Made by a program: the position numbers and the translations under genes
Assembly (NCBI GenBank): GCA_010909165.1
Contig: MU008197.1
Span: 124,001-188,000, forward strand
Length of the DNA: 64,000 bases
Direction: 5' to 3'
Source of the DNA: Anthoceros angustus
Lineage: Eukaryota > Plantae > Anthocerotophyta
Shown here: one piece after another, positions 1-13,896 of the stretch
Numbering within the stretch: the first letter of the stretch is position 1
Layout: each line of letters opens with the position of its first letter
Notes under the pieces: model-generated
The model's input: only the letters and a program-made list of their open reading frames with translations
Told to the model about the DNA's origin: nothing
Databases searched by the model: none

Positions 1-82
1 AGTCTCCCACCCTAATTCTATTTTGTTGAATGCAATTACATGGCGGCCAACTCCAACTCGGTCAGCTGTGGCTTGCGCCATC

Positions 83-310
83 GGGTTGCCAAACCCTACC
101 TCGACCGTGGCTGTCCCCTCGGTTTGCAAAACCCTACGTCGGCCACCATGGTTTGCGAACCCTACCTTGGCCGTGGCCGCCTTGGTTTGCAAAACCCTAT
201 GTTGGCTACGCCATGGTTTGCGAACCCTACCTTGGCCGTGGCCGCCTTGGTTTGCAAAACCCCACGCCGCCACCAAGGGCCATGGTTTGTGAAACCTACC
301 TCGGGCCGCA
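83..310. repeat. Tandem array of ~7 degenerate 30-35 bp units with core GGTTTGC(A/G)AA(A)CCCTA
   Basis: Core visibly repeats near 83, 121, 150, 185, 215, 249 and 283; it is an imperfect palindrome (GGTTT..AAACC) overlapping a telo-box-like AAACCCTA. Confidence 0.8.
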
Positions 311-339
311 GCCACGGCCGCATCCACGGGTTCTGAGCA

Positions 340-2600
340 AGTGACATTCGATTGGTCTTGTACTTGGGGAACTCGAGCTTTATAGAAAAGGAAGAAACAA
401 GATCGTGCTCGTAATAAGGAAACATCGGTAAGGAGCGCAGAAAAGGCTTCGACCATGGAGGGTAGGCAGGCCAGACCTGCAAGCCGCCGAGGACCCTGCA
501 GCCACAGCTTGAAAAGGATTTAGGTTTTCTCTCCACTTCTGCAACTCATCCTTGCTGAGGCAACCTCCAATAGAGGGACCTACATTGGTGAACCGCTTAA
601 CATTCTCCTCTATCAAGTCTCCACTTGGCTTCTCTGGTGTCTCTTTTGCCCGAGCATAGCAAGCAGATCGAAACTCTAAGGTTGGTAGCCACTGTACAGG
701 AATTGAAGCAACACTCAAAACATAAAAAGCAGATGGCACCTACCCAGGTGACATACCAAAGGATTCATCATCTTGATAACATCCTCAGATTAGTACATGG
801 ACAACAATTCCAAAGCCAACTTCTCTACAGACGTCCCCAAATTCAGGCAGTCAATAGAAAGCAAAATATACTCTTGGTCCTCTCGACTTGGAAGTCACCC
901 AAGACAACCTACCAAAGGCTAGCACAAGCCAGACTTCAAACACATGCAATCCATCACCATCTTCTCTTTCTCCTTTTACGATCTAGTCATTAGAAAACCC
1001 AATTAATGGGCCTTCAGAGCTTCTGAGATAGCTCCGAGTACACTTGGTTGCCCTCAAAATCTTCGAAACACCTTAAATCTGCACATCATGCCCAAGTTTC
1101 TGAACAACACCATGCTTCCAACCCTTCCCTGCTACCAAGTCTGCTACAAATTGAAACCTTGTATTCTCACCAAATTACTATAGCTGGCCATCAGCTGATC
1201 CCAAACTGTCTCCTGCACATGATGGTCGCAAACGTCCTATGTATTAGCTAATCCTTGAAGCTTGACAAGTCTGCAGGCTAGTATAGTAGAACTTAATAGT
1301 GCGGGCTTAATGTCTTCTCTCCTTCACACAGCCGCAATCAACACATGCGAAAACGACGGACCTCTAGCAATCCGCTACAGCTTGAACTTCCAACATCAGC
1401 AGCCATCAACCATAACAACACCTAAACTTCTAGCATCAGCAGCAATCAACCACAGTAGCAATTGAACTTCCAAAGATCTCGCGCCCATCACAACAGACTC
1501 GAACTTCCATCATCTACAACACCGCCATAGCAAGACCGGCCAACGCAACCGTGAACGTATCCATAGGCCTACAACGAGCACAAGTTGACAACAAAGTGGA
1601 GCCATGCCATTCATAAAAAAAAGGTTGTCTACTGTACAAAGTGCAAAATTGCACAGCTTACATCATACTCCATTTCCTACTGCGACCTTACTGCGGCGCA
1701 TCCTTTGCCTCCCCTAACACATAGCATACAAGAGCTGTTGCTGCAGCTCCAAGCCCTAGGGAGGAGGACCAAGCCTACACCACCTCCAACGAGTCCTCTA
1801 TGGTCTTCATGCTCAGGGGGAGGCCATTTAGCGTGGCCTCCATTTCCCCAACGGCGTTTCGCATCTCGTGCAATGTGCCCTCAAATCGCATTCGCCCACA
1901 GTGCCGCCTCCAGAAGCCCGCGTACGAGCATTGGGTGTTGCTGGCACCCACCTTGGCCTCCGCACTTCCTCCTCTGACACCATGTCCGACTCGGTGTAGT
2001 CTCGCTTCCTCCCTCTTGTGCTTATCCTCCTTGGAGGAGGAGTCGACTACTCACTCCGCTCTGCCTCTCCTTCCGACATCGCCTCCGCTCCACCACTATC
2101 AGCTCCCCTTGTTCCTCCTCCTCCTTCGATGTGCCGTCGGATGTTGGCCTCCACCGCCATGAGCTCCTACAGCAGCCCCTCTCGCTCCTCCCATCCGCAG
2201 CCTTGCCTCTTGAGCCTCCCTCTGATTTGCTGCTTCTGCTCTACATCGAGATACCGCCACCGTTGGAACTGGTGATTCTTCCCGTACACTGCCTTCCGCA
2301 ATCTCATAGGCCCGCTCCATCGCACCGCCGCCATGCCTCGCTCGCTCGGCTCGGGCAGCCATCGCCGCCACGCTCGCTCGCCTGCCCCATGGGGCCCATC
2401 GACCGCCGGGCGCGATGCCATCCCACCGCCCCTCACCTCTCGCCTAGGCCGATAGCGACTTCCTCCGCCCGCCATTGCTAGCCTCGCGCCCGCCAAGCCG
2501 CCAACGACGAGCAACCGCCTCAGCCGGGTTTCCCGCCTCGCCATTAGCGGCGACATCCAGCAGCGCCTTAAGCACTAGGGGAGAGGGCCCAGTGCCCTCC
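340..2600. mobile_element. Probable degenerate transposable-element remnant, family unresolved
   Basis: No spliceable host gene seen, no long ORF in the track, GC-rich low-complexity block at 2000-2560, bracketed by two tandem arrays. No diagnostic TE domain recognised. Confidence 0.3.
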
Positions 2601-2659
2601 CCCCTGCCTGCTCCGCTCCTCTGAAAGCCTGAGTGCCAAGGCAGTTGAAAGTTGTGTGG

Positions 2660-2890
2660 TAGGTGAAAGGTGCCTCATCAACCTGAACTCAAATGCATAT
2701 CAAAATTGTGGTATGTTGAAAGGTGCCTCACGCGGGCAAGCCTGAACTCAAAGGCATTGCAAAATTATGAGAAGTGAAAGGTGCCCTCACGGGGGCAAGC
2801 CTAAACGCAAAGACATTTCAAAATTGTGAAAGGGAAAGCTCCCTCACGGGGGCAAGCCTGAACTCAAGACATATCAAAATTGTGGAAACC
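2660..2890. repeat. Tandem repeat, ~4 units of ~55-58 bp (GAAAGGTGCCTCACGGGGGCAAGCCTGAACTCAA..CAT.TCAAAATTGTG)
   Basis: Units start near 2665, 2718, 2776 and 2834 with high similarity. Confidence 0.8.
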
Positions 2891-3712
2891 TATAGATGGA
2901 AGGTTCAGGGCCCTGTGCCAGCATCTCCTCGGACGGCCCCATGCTCAGTGTCCTCGTTGATGTCCAGGTAGTTCATCTACCCCTGCCAGCCTCGTGGAAG
3001 GGCTGAAGTGAAGGGTGCTAGAGGGCTGAGTTTCTCCAAAACTCAGCCCGCTCACTTAGGCTACAACTTCCTTCGATCTGCAAAGAGAAAACCAACGGCG
3101 TGGAAGGAAGTTCGGTGAGCGAAAAAAGAGGTTGGGTTTGGTTTGTGTGTATGCTTCAATGTGGCCGCTTTGGTGCGTCCCCTTTGAGCACCCTCGGGTC
3201 AGCTACCAAAGTGGACAGAATGCAACATGAAGGCAAATGTGAGCTCAGTTCGAAGAAAAAGTTTGGTGTGAAAAAATATGCGCCCTGTCCCCTCCGTCCT
3301 CTTTGGTATTCCATAATTTCCAGGTCTGAGAATTTGGGTTGAAGAGCTGGACTGCACTACCGGAAAACGTACAAGATTCTCACAAGAGCCGGGCTTTCCG
3401 TTCCAAAAATAATAGTTTTGTAGAGCAGAATAACATTTCATCAAATGTATTCCAATTCGTTGCTTGTTGCGAGGTGCAAGTTGGATCTGTCCCCCGGCTA
3501 CCCTTGTTTCAATACTTGCACCCACTTTGCCTATGAAGCAACGACCAGATGCTACTAGCAGACTTGCCTACAGCGTTAGTGGGTAGTGGAGACGACAACA
3601 CAACGGTAACCACTGACTCGTGGGTGTCTGTGTTTGCCTGAAACGTTGCTGGTGCGGGACACTTTTCGGAGAGTTTCGAAAGCAGTGCCCAAGCGTACAG
3701 CTTTCTGTTCAC

Positions 3713-5776
3713 TCAGTACACGTAACCTTTAACGTGGAGAGACTCTGCTGAGCCAGCGACCGCTCCAGCATCACCACCGTACTTGCCCAGAGTAGCCTCT
3801 GAGTTGGCCTTGCACCTGGCAAGGAATGCCTGTTGCGCAGCAGCGACGTTTTCCTTCTTTCCAGCCCAGGTCTTCAGGGTAGTCTGCTGGAGAGCACGGC
3901 CGAAGGAGAAAGACAACGTCCACGGCTTGACAGTATCAAGCTTGTTCATGGCGTTCAAATTCACCGTAGCCTGCTCCTCACTCTGACCACCGGACAGAAA
4001 AACGATCCCGGGAACAGCAGGAGGCACTGTTCTCTGCAGAGCCTGAACTGTAGCCTTAGCTATGACCTCTGGCTCAACCTTTGGGCCCTCTGAGCCAGGG
4101 GTTACCATGTTCGGCTTCAGCAGGGTCCCCTCCAGAAGTACATGGTGCTCGCTCAAGGCTTTGTAAGTTGCTGCCAGAACCCGCTCTGTCACCTCCTGAC
4201 ACTTGTGGATGTCATGAGGCCCGTCCACCAGTATCTCAGGCTCCACGATGGGGACAAGCCCGTTCTCCTGGCAGATGATAGCGTAACGGGCAAGGCCTTG
4301 CGCGTTCTGCTGAATAGAAAGCTCGCTTGGTTCCTTCGCGCCGATCTTCAGAACAGCTCTCCACTTGGCAAACCTTGCACCAGCCTTGTAGTACTTCGCT
4401 GCACGCTCACCGAGGCCATCATGACCCTGGGTGGTAGTCTCGCCGTCAGTACCGGCAAGAGATACGACCCCCTTGTCCACCTTGATCCCTGGGATGACTC
4501 CTGCATCGTTGAGGATGTTCACGAAAGGGACACCGGTGGAAGACCTCTGAAAGAGAGTTTCTTCATACAGGATGACTCCACTCAGGTACTGCAGCGAGCC
4601 AGGGGCTGTGAAGAGCAGCTCACGCAGTGCTTGCCGATTGGCCTCCACGTTTTCAACGTCTATGCTCGCCAGCCGCTTCCCGATCGTCCCTGTGGACTCG
4701 TCGGCTGCTAAGATACCTTTCCCGGAGGTGGCAATGTAGCGGGCAGTTCGGATGAGGTCATCTGTTTGTTGGACGAACAGAAGAATCCCACATTCAGAAA
4801 CTTGAGCCTAAGCAGCTTGGGAACAATTCACAATTGCCAGCTATGCCTGTGCTCTAGCAGTCACGATCAAACCTCTCAGCACTCTACAGAATGTGTGACA
4901 ATGCCAGACTCAAGAATATGAGCTCCTTATCGCTGCGGCGTCTCCTAATGCAATGTTTAGCGTGCATCTTGAACAGCTGTTCTTCAGACAGGAGTCAGGC
5001 TTTGGTTTTCAATGCAGCCATAGGTCACGAAATGAAGCAAATCAAATGGACCGGCTTCTTACGGCCTCCTCTAACCATGCTGGGGAATTATTCGTTGTAG
5101 ATCAGCAGAAGCAAGCTATTCAGGATCCTGAACGTCGTGAAAATCAGCTCCAGTCAGATACGAAAGGTGATACTTTTTTCCAAATGGAAGCCGGAGCAGC
5201 AGCTTGCCTTCCTCTAAGACGAGCATCTGTGTGGAGTTGAGGCGAAATTGGTGTACAAAATTGCCATACTTATTACAGCACACTCTGGACAGCAGTTCCG
5301 CTCGAAACAGCCTCCACAACAAGACACAGCATGTTGGCTGGAATTCTACTTGCAGGAAGAGCTGTGCAAACTGAACCACGGGAGCACGGGAGGCAGATTC
5401 ATATGAGCATGAATTGAGAAGTAACCAAATGATGCAACAAGAACCACAATGTTCCGCCATTTGCACCGGGCAGACGGCATTCACAATCCACTACATCAAG
5501 ACACCGCAAGCCCTGATAGCAGATTCTCACAACAACAAAGTTCCAGCTGAGAGACCATTACACAAGGCTACCAGCAATGCCTCACAGTTAGAAGAAGTCA
5601 CATGCACAAGCAGAGCGGCACCACAATTCTGCGAAAAACCTTCAGCAAGAGAGCAATGTCGCAATCTGGTACAGGTTCCGGAGTCGGACAACACGCGCAC
5701 ACGCACAATTGAAGAGCAGACATGCAGGAATTTGGGCCAGAAAAGTACCAGCGTACTTGCCGGTGTAGGCCGTCAT
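3713..5776 (-). CDS. FBA: Fructose-bisphosphate aldolase, class I, cytosolic; 2 exons (5776-5749, 4761-3713)
   Basis: Exon 1 MTAYTGKYA joins through a ~1 kb GT-AG intron to [31 protein letters not shown]; [11 protein letters not shown] Schiff-base motif; C-terminal Tyr; no transit peptide. Confidence 0.96.
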
Positions 5777-6638
5777 GGTTCCAGTTGGTAGGGAGAGGCG
5801 GGGTTGGTTAACGCGACACTTGCCGCCGGCAAGGAGGGGCTTTAAAAGGGCAAAAGATCTGAAAGGAGCGGACTGAACTGCGATTGGATTGGCGTGCGCT
5901 TTGTACTGTATGGACAGCATATCATCTGTGCGCTATCCGGTGCGACTCCACGGTTAGCCACCGCACCAAGTGGCATGTCGTGCATTGCTCATTTCCCATC
6001 TGCGCTCCTTGTACGACACATGCTCTTTCTGCCTCCATTGCCTCGCCGCTCGGTCGGTGATTACTTGGTTGGACACTCCATACGCTTGGAAGATGGCCCT
6101 CACGAGGAAGTAGGTGGCAAGGCGACACTTCCATTCGATAAACCCTAACTTTTTGCCTCACCAAACCACCTTTCCCCTTCTTCGTCTCAGGTAGATGGGA
6201 TTTCCAATCTCTTTTTCTGATATAAAGTCTCCTTTTCCGTCTTCAAATCCACCATTTGTAGGTGATACGTCGGATAATGGTAGGAGCGCACGATCTCACC
6301 TATGTCTTCGGTTGTTAAGAAAGGCAGTGAGTCCTCCATCACAAAAGCGAGCATCATGAGCTTCAGCCCGTACAGTTCAATTTAGTTGGGCATGGTACTC
6401 GCATAGCACTTAAAGAGATGGCGGCCTTTGCGAGCCTTGCACTGCTAGGGGCACAGCGCTACCCAGCATTTCACGTCGCCAGACTATGGACCAGGATACT
6501 GCAAAATAACTCGCTTTGTCACAGAATCCTTCTTAGTTAAGATTGCAGTATGCTATTGTGCTTGCTGACTATTTAACCAGCAGACACCACCACCAATGTT
6601 CTTGGGAAGCTAAAAGAAATAGCAGTGCCTCCTCACAA

Positions 6639-7348
6639 TCATAGATCTGTTTTGTTGGACCCCAGCATCTGACCTACGATTCCTGTTACCTGCAAAACCA
6701 CAACATGGAATGTCAGCGACTGGCAGACGTTTGCCGCCCATCAACGTGAAATCGTGGTAGCTCCGCGAACTGGTGCTCACCTGCCAATACTTGGCAACAC
6801 AGCGGTCGATGCAGCTGTTCTCCCCAACATTCAGTTCGGGCTCCTTGTACCTGATATGAAAACACTAATTTCAGCAGCCAATTCGCCAAAGCACCAACTC
6901 CGACAGCATAAGGTGGAAATAACAAAGAACTGAGCGGACTCACCTCTTCTCGATGCACTTCTCGAAGCACGTCTGAGTTAATCTGCGGATACACCAGGAT
7001 GCAATTAGCGTGCTTCCTCCACACATTTACAGCCCGCACGGAGTGCCCTCCGATTAACCTTTCCACGACACCAGCTGGCTCGATACCAGTGTTTGGAACG
7101 AACATCACACCCACGAGCGACAAAAAATAGCACCATCAACGCAGACGGACAGCTTGCTTACTTATTGAACAAATCTACTCTGTACTCCATCTCTTGTTGA
7201 GCCATACCTAAAACCTGATCCACACAGGAAACGGGCAAACGCGTGAGACAACCATACCGCGCAATTGCTGCATCGGCTTGCATCAAAGAGGTGATGGAGC
7301 AAGAACAACCTGCTCTCTGTCCAGAGTGCTTGCGCTTTTGGCAGCCAT
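6639..7348 (-). CDS. TIM10: Mitochondrial intermembrane-space small Tim chaperone Tim10; 5 short exons
   Basis: Spliced product MAAKSASTLDREQ|VLGMAQQEMEYRVDLFNK|LTQTCFEKCIEKR|YKEPELNVGENSCIDRCVAKYWQ|VTGIVGQMLGSNKTDL* has the twin CX3C motif; GT-AG introns; fragmented in the ORF track. Confidence 0.93.
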
Positions 7349-7805
7349 GGCGGAGTTGAGACTGACCCCGCACGATTTTTCTCAGATACGCTGCCAAAAC
7401 CTAACGCGACACGCGCAAGGTTCAACCTACGATATGAACGGAGTTGCTCACTGGAATGCACACTCGTGTGAACCGATGGGAATCAACCAAAATACATTGA
7501 AGGGGCACTCCTAATAGAAGGGCGTGACAAGAATTTCTAGACCTAACCCCGCCCTATGTGCATAGGTGTAAAAAATTCTCCTGTCAACGTTTTATGTTGA
7601 GACGACGTAGGCACAGTACTGAAGACTGTTTCCTGAAGCTCCCATGCCGGAGCTGGTGGTCTGGCCTAACGATGTAACATCCATGGGTGAAATGACGTGA
7701 AATGTCGGGTCACCAATATCGAGACTTAACTGTAAAGGTGTTGTGTTTGTTAGTTTCTGTCAATGAGGGTTTTGGTGTCTTGCACAAATCTGTAGATCCT
7801 GTGTA

Positions 7806-8588
7806 CTAGGTTTCAGTCAGAAATGGAAGCTCGAAAGGAAGTTGTATGAATCCTACAGCAACCAGGAGAAAGAAAAACCACACAACGAAAACTGCCAACA
7901 ACGCCTTAGCTGCAGTTCCTGGATCTGCAACAGCACAGGAATGTCAACACTCCCTTCAAGCACGAGCACAGCTTGCAAGCTTTCAAGTTTGCAAGGCTGA
8001 GGAACCATATGACTTACCAACATCGTCAGTCTCCTTGGTTTTTTCGATCAGCCAGAGGCCTATTTCCTTGATGGTCTTGATGAAATCGCTATCCTTCTTG
8101 GGATCAGCTCCCAATGCTTCTTTTTCCAGCTCGTCCCATTTAGAGTTCACCTCCCGCCTTCAAGACAGCATACTGAACGGTACTTTCAGAAATCTGCTCC
8201 ATCACTTGAGACATTTGCTGAACGATGAACTGGTTAGCCGGAATATGAGAAGGGGAAGCTTAACTTACCATTCCTCAGGAGAAAGTGTTCTGGGAGGGCG
8301 AGAATCACTCGTGGGTTCTCTGCTTTTGGTTTTCTTCTCCACCTTAGTCTTTATCCCAAACTCCCTCTCCAGGTCTGTCAGTGACGCCCTCCTCCATGTG
8401 TCATCCTCGGCAGGCTTCTGTGGGGCTCCGGACCTCCCTCCATCCTTCCGCTTCTGCTCGGCCCGAATATTTAGTACACTGGAGGAGACCCTTGATCTGG
8501 ACCTGGCAGAACCCCACTTGCCCGGAGAGGACACTAAGCTAGAGAAATAGCCACAACTACACGAAAACGCGTGCACCACACCGGCCAT
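7806..8588 (-). CDS. CRR3: CRR3-like chloroplast NDH complex assembly factor; 3 exons
   Basis: Ser/Arg-rich transit-like N-terminus, then SLTDLEREFG, IKEIGLWLIEKT and a C-terminal TM helix ending VWFFFLLVAVGFIQLPFELPFLTET*, matching my recollection of CRR3 motifs (SIAQIERAFG, LREIGE, LLVACGVIKLPFSIPFL). Confidence 0.7.
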
Positions 8589-9069
8589 GTTTGAGAGTGA
8601 AAAATCAGCTCAATCCGGTTTGCCGCGGCCAGCACGAACTTACGACACCAGGATCTGAGCAGACGGCATATTTCAAGTGATGTTTTCTCCTCTTGCCTGC
8701 ACCAGATGAGCACCTATGTAAACACTCCGCGGAACAAGCACACCATGTAAGATACATTCCAATCACAACAGCTAAATCTGTTGCAATTCCGACTCACAAG
8801 GTAACACGATCCCACGAAACAGGGAGATATAGAATGTCAGATGTCAGAACCCACCCCAAAAAAATGTGTGCTTTCTCAAATGCTGGAGATTCCCCACAGT
8901 AATTGCACTTTACGGTATTCTGATCACAAGAGAGAATCTGGTCGTAGCAGTTTGGTTGCTTGGGCCCCAAGGTTGGGCCTTAGGGTTCCTTGAGTTGTAC
9001 GTATTTTCCCATTCAAGCCTTCATGAGCTCAACGCAAGCAAGCAGGTAGCACATCGACAGCAGCACATC

Positions 9070-11236
9070 ATGGCTTCCTTGGCAGCAGTTGGATCTGCTG
9101 TGACTCGGGCTCGAGTACCATCTGGGCTGTCTTCCTCAGCAGAGGAGCAGGCGTTTTGTTCTCGATTTTTCAAGCAGGGTCGCACGTCACAGATCAGGCT
9201 GCCAGCTTATGGGAGAGATGCAGTACCAGCGCAGGTATAATATTTCCACCATCTCTCAGCCAATGTCCGGTGCCAAAATTTGCCAGAAATAGGTGATCAA
9301 CACTTTTTATTCGGACGCATACAGAGTGAATTGGGAGGGCCCAGTCGAAGGAGCTGCAAATTGCACGCATCCGTGACTGAAGCAGCGGTTGCACATCCCT
9401 TGAAGTAAGTAGAATTTGTTTACTTGTGATCATGGCGAAAAGTGTATTCAGTGGGGTAATGTGAAAGCACGCCTTCCTGATGTGCACTGATCGATTTCCA
9501 CTCGTGGGAGCAGAGATGTTGACACTTCTTCCAGCATTGATTGGGACAATCTTGGTTTTGGGCTCCGGCCAACAGATAGCATGTTTTTGATGAAGACCGA
9601 TAATGAGGGCAATTGGCAGGGGGGTGAACTGCTCCCGTACGGCAACATATCGTTGAGTCCAGCTGCTGGAGTCCTGAACTATGGACAGGTATGGTCTGTT
9701 CGTATCAGCATCCATCGTCTTCTTCTAAGCATGGTCTAGCTTTGTTTAATGTTGGCATTGCATCGATTCCAAGAGAATGCACCATTGCTTAAAAAAAAAA
9801 AAATGCTTCTGGATGGCAGGGATTGTTTGAGGGGTTGAAGGCCTACAATACTGAAGGAGGAGAAGTGCTGTTGTTTCGGCCGGAAGAGAACGCTCTTCGC
9901 ATGCAAAACGGGGCTGCACGACTTTCCATGCCTGCTCCTCCAGTAGAAACGTTTGTGAATGCTGTGAAGCAAACTGTTCTTGCAAACAAGCGCTGGGTAT
10001 GTTTTACTTTCAGGGGTTCTGAACTCGTCACTCTGGTTTTTGAAGGGTGATTGTCTGTGCTTGCCCTTATGTTCTGCTGTTTGTAACAGATACCTCCAGC
10101 AGGTAAAGGATCCCTGTACGTTCGGCCGATGCTCTTTGGATCTGGAGCTGTCCTTGGTTTGGCTCCAGCACCGGAATACAGCTTTCTCATCTATGTGTCA
10201 CCTGTGGGCAATTACTTTCCGGTATATAAATTATTCCACCGGCAGTGGCTTGACTCTCCTCTTGAATGTCGTTTCTTTTGGGCATGTGTCCTTTTTAACT
10301 TCCCAAAACCAGCTAACACTTGGCTGACGTCTCCAATCTCCCCAGCAAGGTCTGGCACCTATTGATCTCAAGGTCGAGACAGAGTATCACCGTGCTGCTC
10401 CGGGAGGAACTGGTGGAGTCAAGACCATCGGCAACTATGCTCCTGTAAGCTACAACCAAATGATTATGAATTGTGAAGCAGCACATGTGTATGCGGTGTC
10501 CCTAATATGAATTTAAACAGGTCTTGAAAACACAAATAGCAGCTAAAGGGAAGGGATACTCTGATGTAGTGTATCTTGATGCCGTGGAAAACAAATATGT
10601 GGAGGAAGTGTCATCATGCAACATCTTTGCTGTGAAGGTAAACTGTGGCGGATTGCTTGGATCATGGGTCCACGTATTTCCCTTTTCAAAGCATTCTTAA
10701 CCTCTGTGCACTATGCAGAACGATACGATTGCAACGCCAGACCTACGGGGCACCATCCTGCCAGGCATCACCCGGAAGAGCATAATCGAACTAGCTCAGA
10801 GCAAAGGCTACAAGGTATGACTCTCATCAACAACAGGTTGCAAGAATCTCTCGAAAGCATGGAATAAAGAGTTCCGTTCTGTTTCTGACTCCGGAACTAC
10901 ACTATGCGGCGGCCCTGGGCCTGAACAGGTTGAAGAACGACCTTTGGATGTGGAAGAGCTGTTAGATGCAGATGAAGTTTTCTGCACGGGTACAGCAGTG
11001 GTGGTCTCTCCAGTCGGATCCATTACATACGGAGACAGGAGGTGAGCAATTATACTACAAGTAATGTGTTGCAAAATATGTTTTCTGTATTCATTTCACC
11101 TGTCTGCTGTCTGAGTTTCAGGAGCAAGTACAGGAATGGCGGGGTCGGTGAATTGTCCAAGGAACTGTACAAGTTGCTGACAGATATTCAGACTGGGAAA
11201 GCAGAAGACAAACTGGGCTGGATCGTGAAGCTGTAG
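9070..11236 (+). CDS. BCAT: Branched-chain amino acid aminotransferase, plastid-type transit peptide, multi-exon
   Basis: [14 protein letters not shown]|[36 protein letters not shown] (PLP lysine), [29 protein letters not shown] in GT-AG exons. Confidence 0.95.
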
Positions 11237-11920
11237 ACCAGTATAGACTTCTCAGTTGTCTACCTAAAAAAGGATCAATGGCAGCTTCTGTAGGTCAGTC
11301 AGAAAAGTCCAGGGGTGGAGGTTTGTTGAATAACTCCAACTTCTTGCCTCACATGTATGTGTGCTTCTATGGAAGTCGTATCAGCCTTTTGAGCTGTCAC
11401 GGCTCTATTCCTGAAATACTAACTGCATTCCCTCTTGTCACCTGCAAGGTGTGCATTGGCCTTAACTGTGCAACTAAAGGAGACATGGAACAGACACGAT
11501 GAGTTTGGAGGGCTGGCCATGGGTTTGTGTAGTTTTGACCCTCAAGTTTGTCAGCGTTCGGGTTAGGATGGGTGGGGTTCGTAGCCACACGCAGCTAGTG
11601 TTGCAGTGTGCAGACTGTGTATGAGGCCAATGATACCTCGCCGAGAGGCTTCCATTTATTCATGGCAGAAAACCTGCTCGTGGTAGCCATAGCACGTCCT
11701 AACCTATGCTTATGCTTAGAGGTTGAACAGTTGCTGCTCTCTTGGGTTGCAGACTAACGCGAATCATCGGAACCGTGGAAGGGTGAGCTGTTCGACCTTG
11801 CCGGCTTGTGCACGTCCAGAAGCAAGCAGCATCTTAGGAGAAAAAAGATGTAATCAAAGGGCTTAGCATTTTCGGACAAAGATGCTGAGTCTCAGGCATC
11901 ACAAGCACGGAAGGTTGCAG

Positions 11921-13896
11921 ATGGCGGAAGCAGCATCAAGCACGGTCGCATTGTTTCACAAGTTGGTGGAGAGGTCTGCCGAAGAGCAGGAGACGTTTCT
12001 CCGAGCGCTGTTGGCTGAGCACTCGGGCTGCGAGTTCCTGCGGAGGCATGGTCTCGCCGGCAGAACAGACGCTGCGTCCTTCAAACAACACATTCCTGTG
12101 ATTCAATACGAAGCGATTGAACAAGACGTTCAGAGGATCCTGCAAGGAGATGACTCCGCCATTCTCACTTGTCATAAGGTAGTCGAATGTTTTGCAAGGT
12201 AAAACACAGTCCTTGAAGGTAGCTGGTCTGAGCATCTTGCTCTTGCTTCTCCGTTCAGCACACTTGTAAGACTTGTTGAATCCAGTTCAGGGACAACGTC
12301 TGGAAAGCGGAGACTGTTCCCAGTGACGGAATCATGGCATAAGGACGCCGTGAGGATGGTACATATCCAGAACAGCTTTGCCACTGTGTAAGAATTTGCA
12401 AGCTGGGTATCTCGTGAGCGAGGCAATCCAGGCTTCTTGAACTGCCCAGCCTCTAGGGACGGAGGGAGCTAACCATGAAGCTGCAGGGTCTTCGGAGAAA
12501 CGCGTCCGACCTTGAACTTCATGTCTGTGGGGAAAACAACCGAGTCCAGGGGGGCCTAACAACTGGGCCTGGTAACACATCTTTCATCAACCGTCATATA
12601 TATCAGCAATCGGCTGCACCAAGTCCGGCAGCTGTCACCCTGTGCCAAGACTACAAACAAGCCGTGTACCGCCTTCTCCTTTGCGACCTTCTCCGGGCCT
12701 CTGATATAAAGAGCCTTGCTTCGCATTTCGCGTCTGGTCTGGCCATCGCTTTTAGCATCCTCAGACAGAGCTGGCTGGACATTTGCAACGACATAGAGAC
12801 AGGCAAGCTCAGTAGTAAGATCACAGATGTTGCAGCTCGTGAACCTGTATCCCAGCTTCTGGAGAGGCCAAATCCGGAGCTGGCCAACTTCATCAGGGCC
12901 GAATGTGCGAGGAAGTCCTGGGAAGGCATCTTGCTCCGGCTCTGGCCCAATGTGTAAGTCCTCAGTTGCGTTGCGACCGGCGCAATGCTTCAGTACGCGG
13001 AGAACCTCAGCTTCCGGGGGCCAGATTCCCATTTTCACGAATGGATATGGAGGTTCTGAAGAGGATATGCCATCAACCAGTGTCCAACTGCTGCACACAA
13101 CATTTCTGATGCTGCCGCACATTGCTTACTTCGAATTCCTGGGTCTGGAAGGAGATTATGACAGGCCTGGGCATCGCATCCGCTGCAAGTGGTAGATCTA
13201 GCAAGTATAAGAGAGGGACAACAGAACAAGCTGGTGGTATCAACCATTTTCTGTTGTGCAACTTGCGCCGAGACTGCACAATATTATGAGGCTAAAGCTC
13301 GTGTGCTTGCAGGTTTGTGGAGGTACAGGGTGGGATATGTGCTGAAATGCGTTGGCTTGTATCATAATGCCCCGATATTCCGCTTCATGGGTAGGCTGAA
13401 CGTCATTCTGAGCAGCAAAACACAGAAACCAGAGGAATATGAGCTCATACAAGTGGTGACTGCAGCTGTCAGGCAGCACCTGCCTGCAACCACGCAGCTT
13501 TTGGACTTTACCAGCTGCACAAGCGTGTCTTCTGTCCCGGGCCACTACGTCATTTTCCTCGAGCTTACCAGTGAGGCCGAGGATACCTATGTGGGCATTG
13601 ACTGCCTGGAAGCGATGTGCCAGGGTGTGGAGGCAAGCCTGAGCGAGCCTTACAGAAGGGGACGCAACATTGGAGCAATTGCCCCGCTGGAGTTGAGGAT
13701 CCTGGGGCCAGGAACCTTCGACAGATTGAAAGCACGTGCTGAGGAATCGGGAACAACTCCGTGGCAACACAAGAACTTAAAGGCTGTTAAGGCTGGGAAC
13801 CCTGCTCTCGACATTTTGCATGCAGCAGTAACAGAAACAGCCATCAGCCCCAGGCAACCTCCTCACCACACACATAATCCGTTGCAGTCTGGCTAG
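11921..13896 (+). pseudogene. GH3: GH3 acyl-acid amido synthetase pseudogene
   Basis: SSGTTSGKRRLFP, WEGILLRLWPNV, YGGSE, GLWRYRVG motifs; premature TAA at 12955-12957 and further frameshifts at 12960-13190 relative to the paralog at 30780. Confidence 0.85.

Noticed and set aside
7846-8550. 234-aa plus-strand ORF
   Set aside because: Antisense shadow of the CRR3-like gene, whose splice sites and motifs lie on the minus strand.
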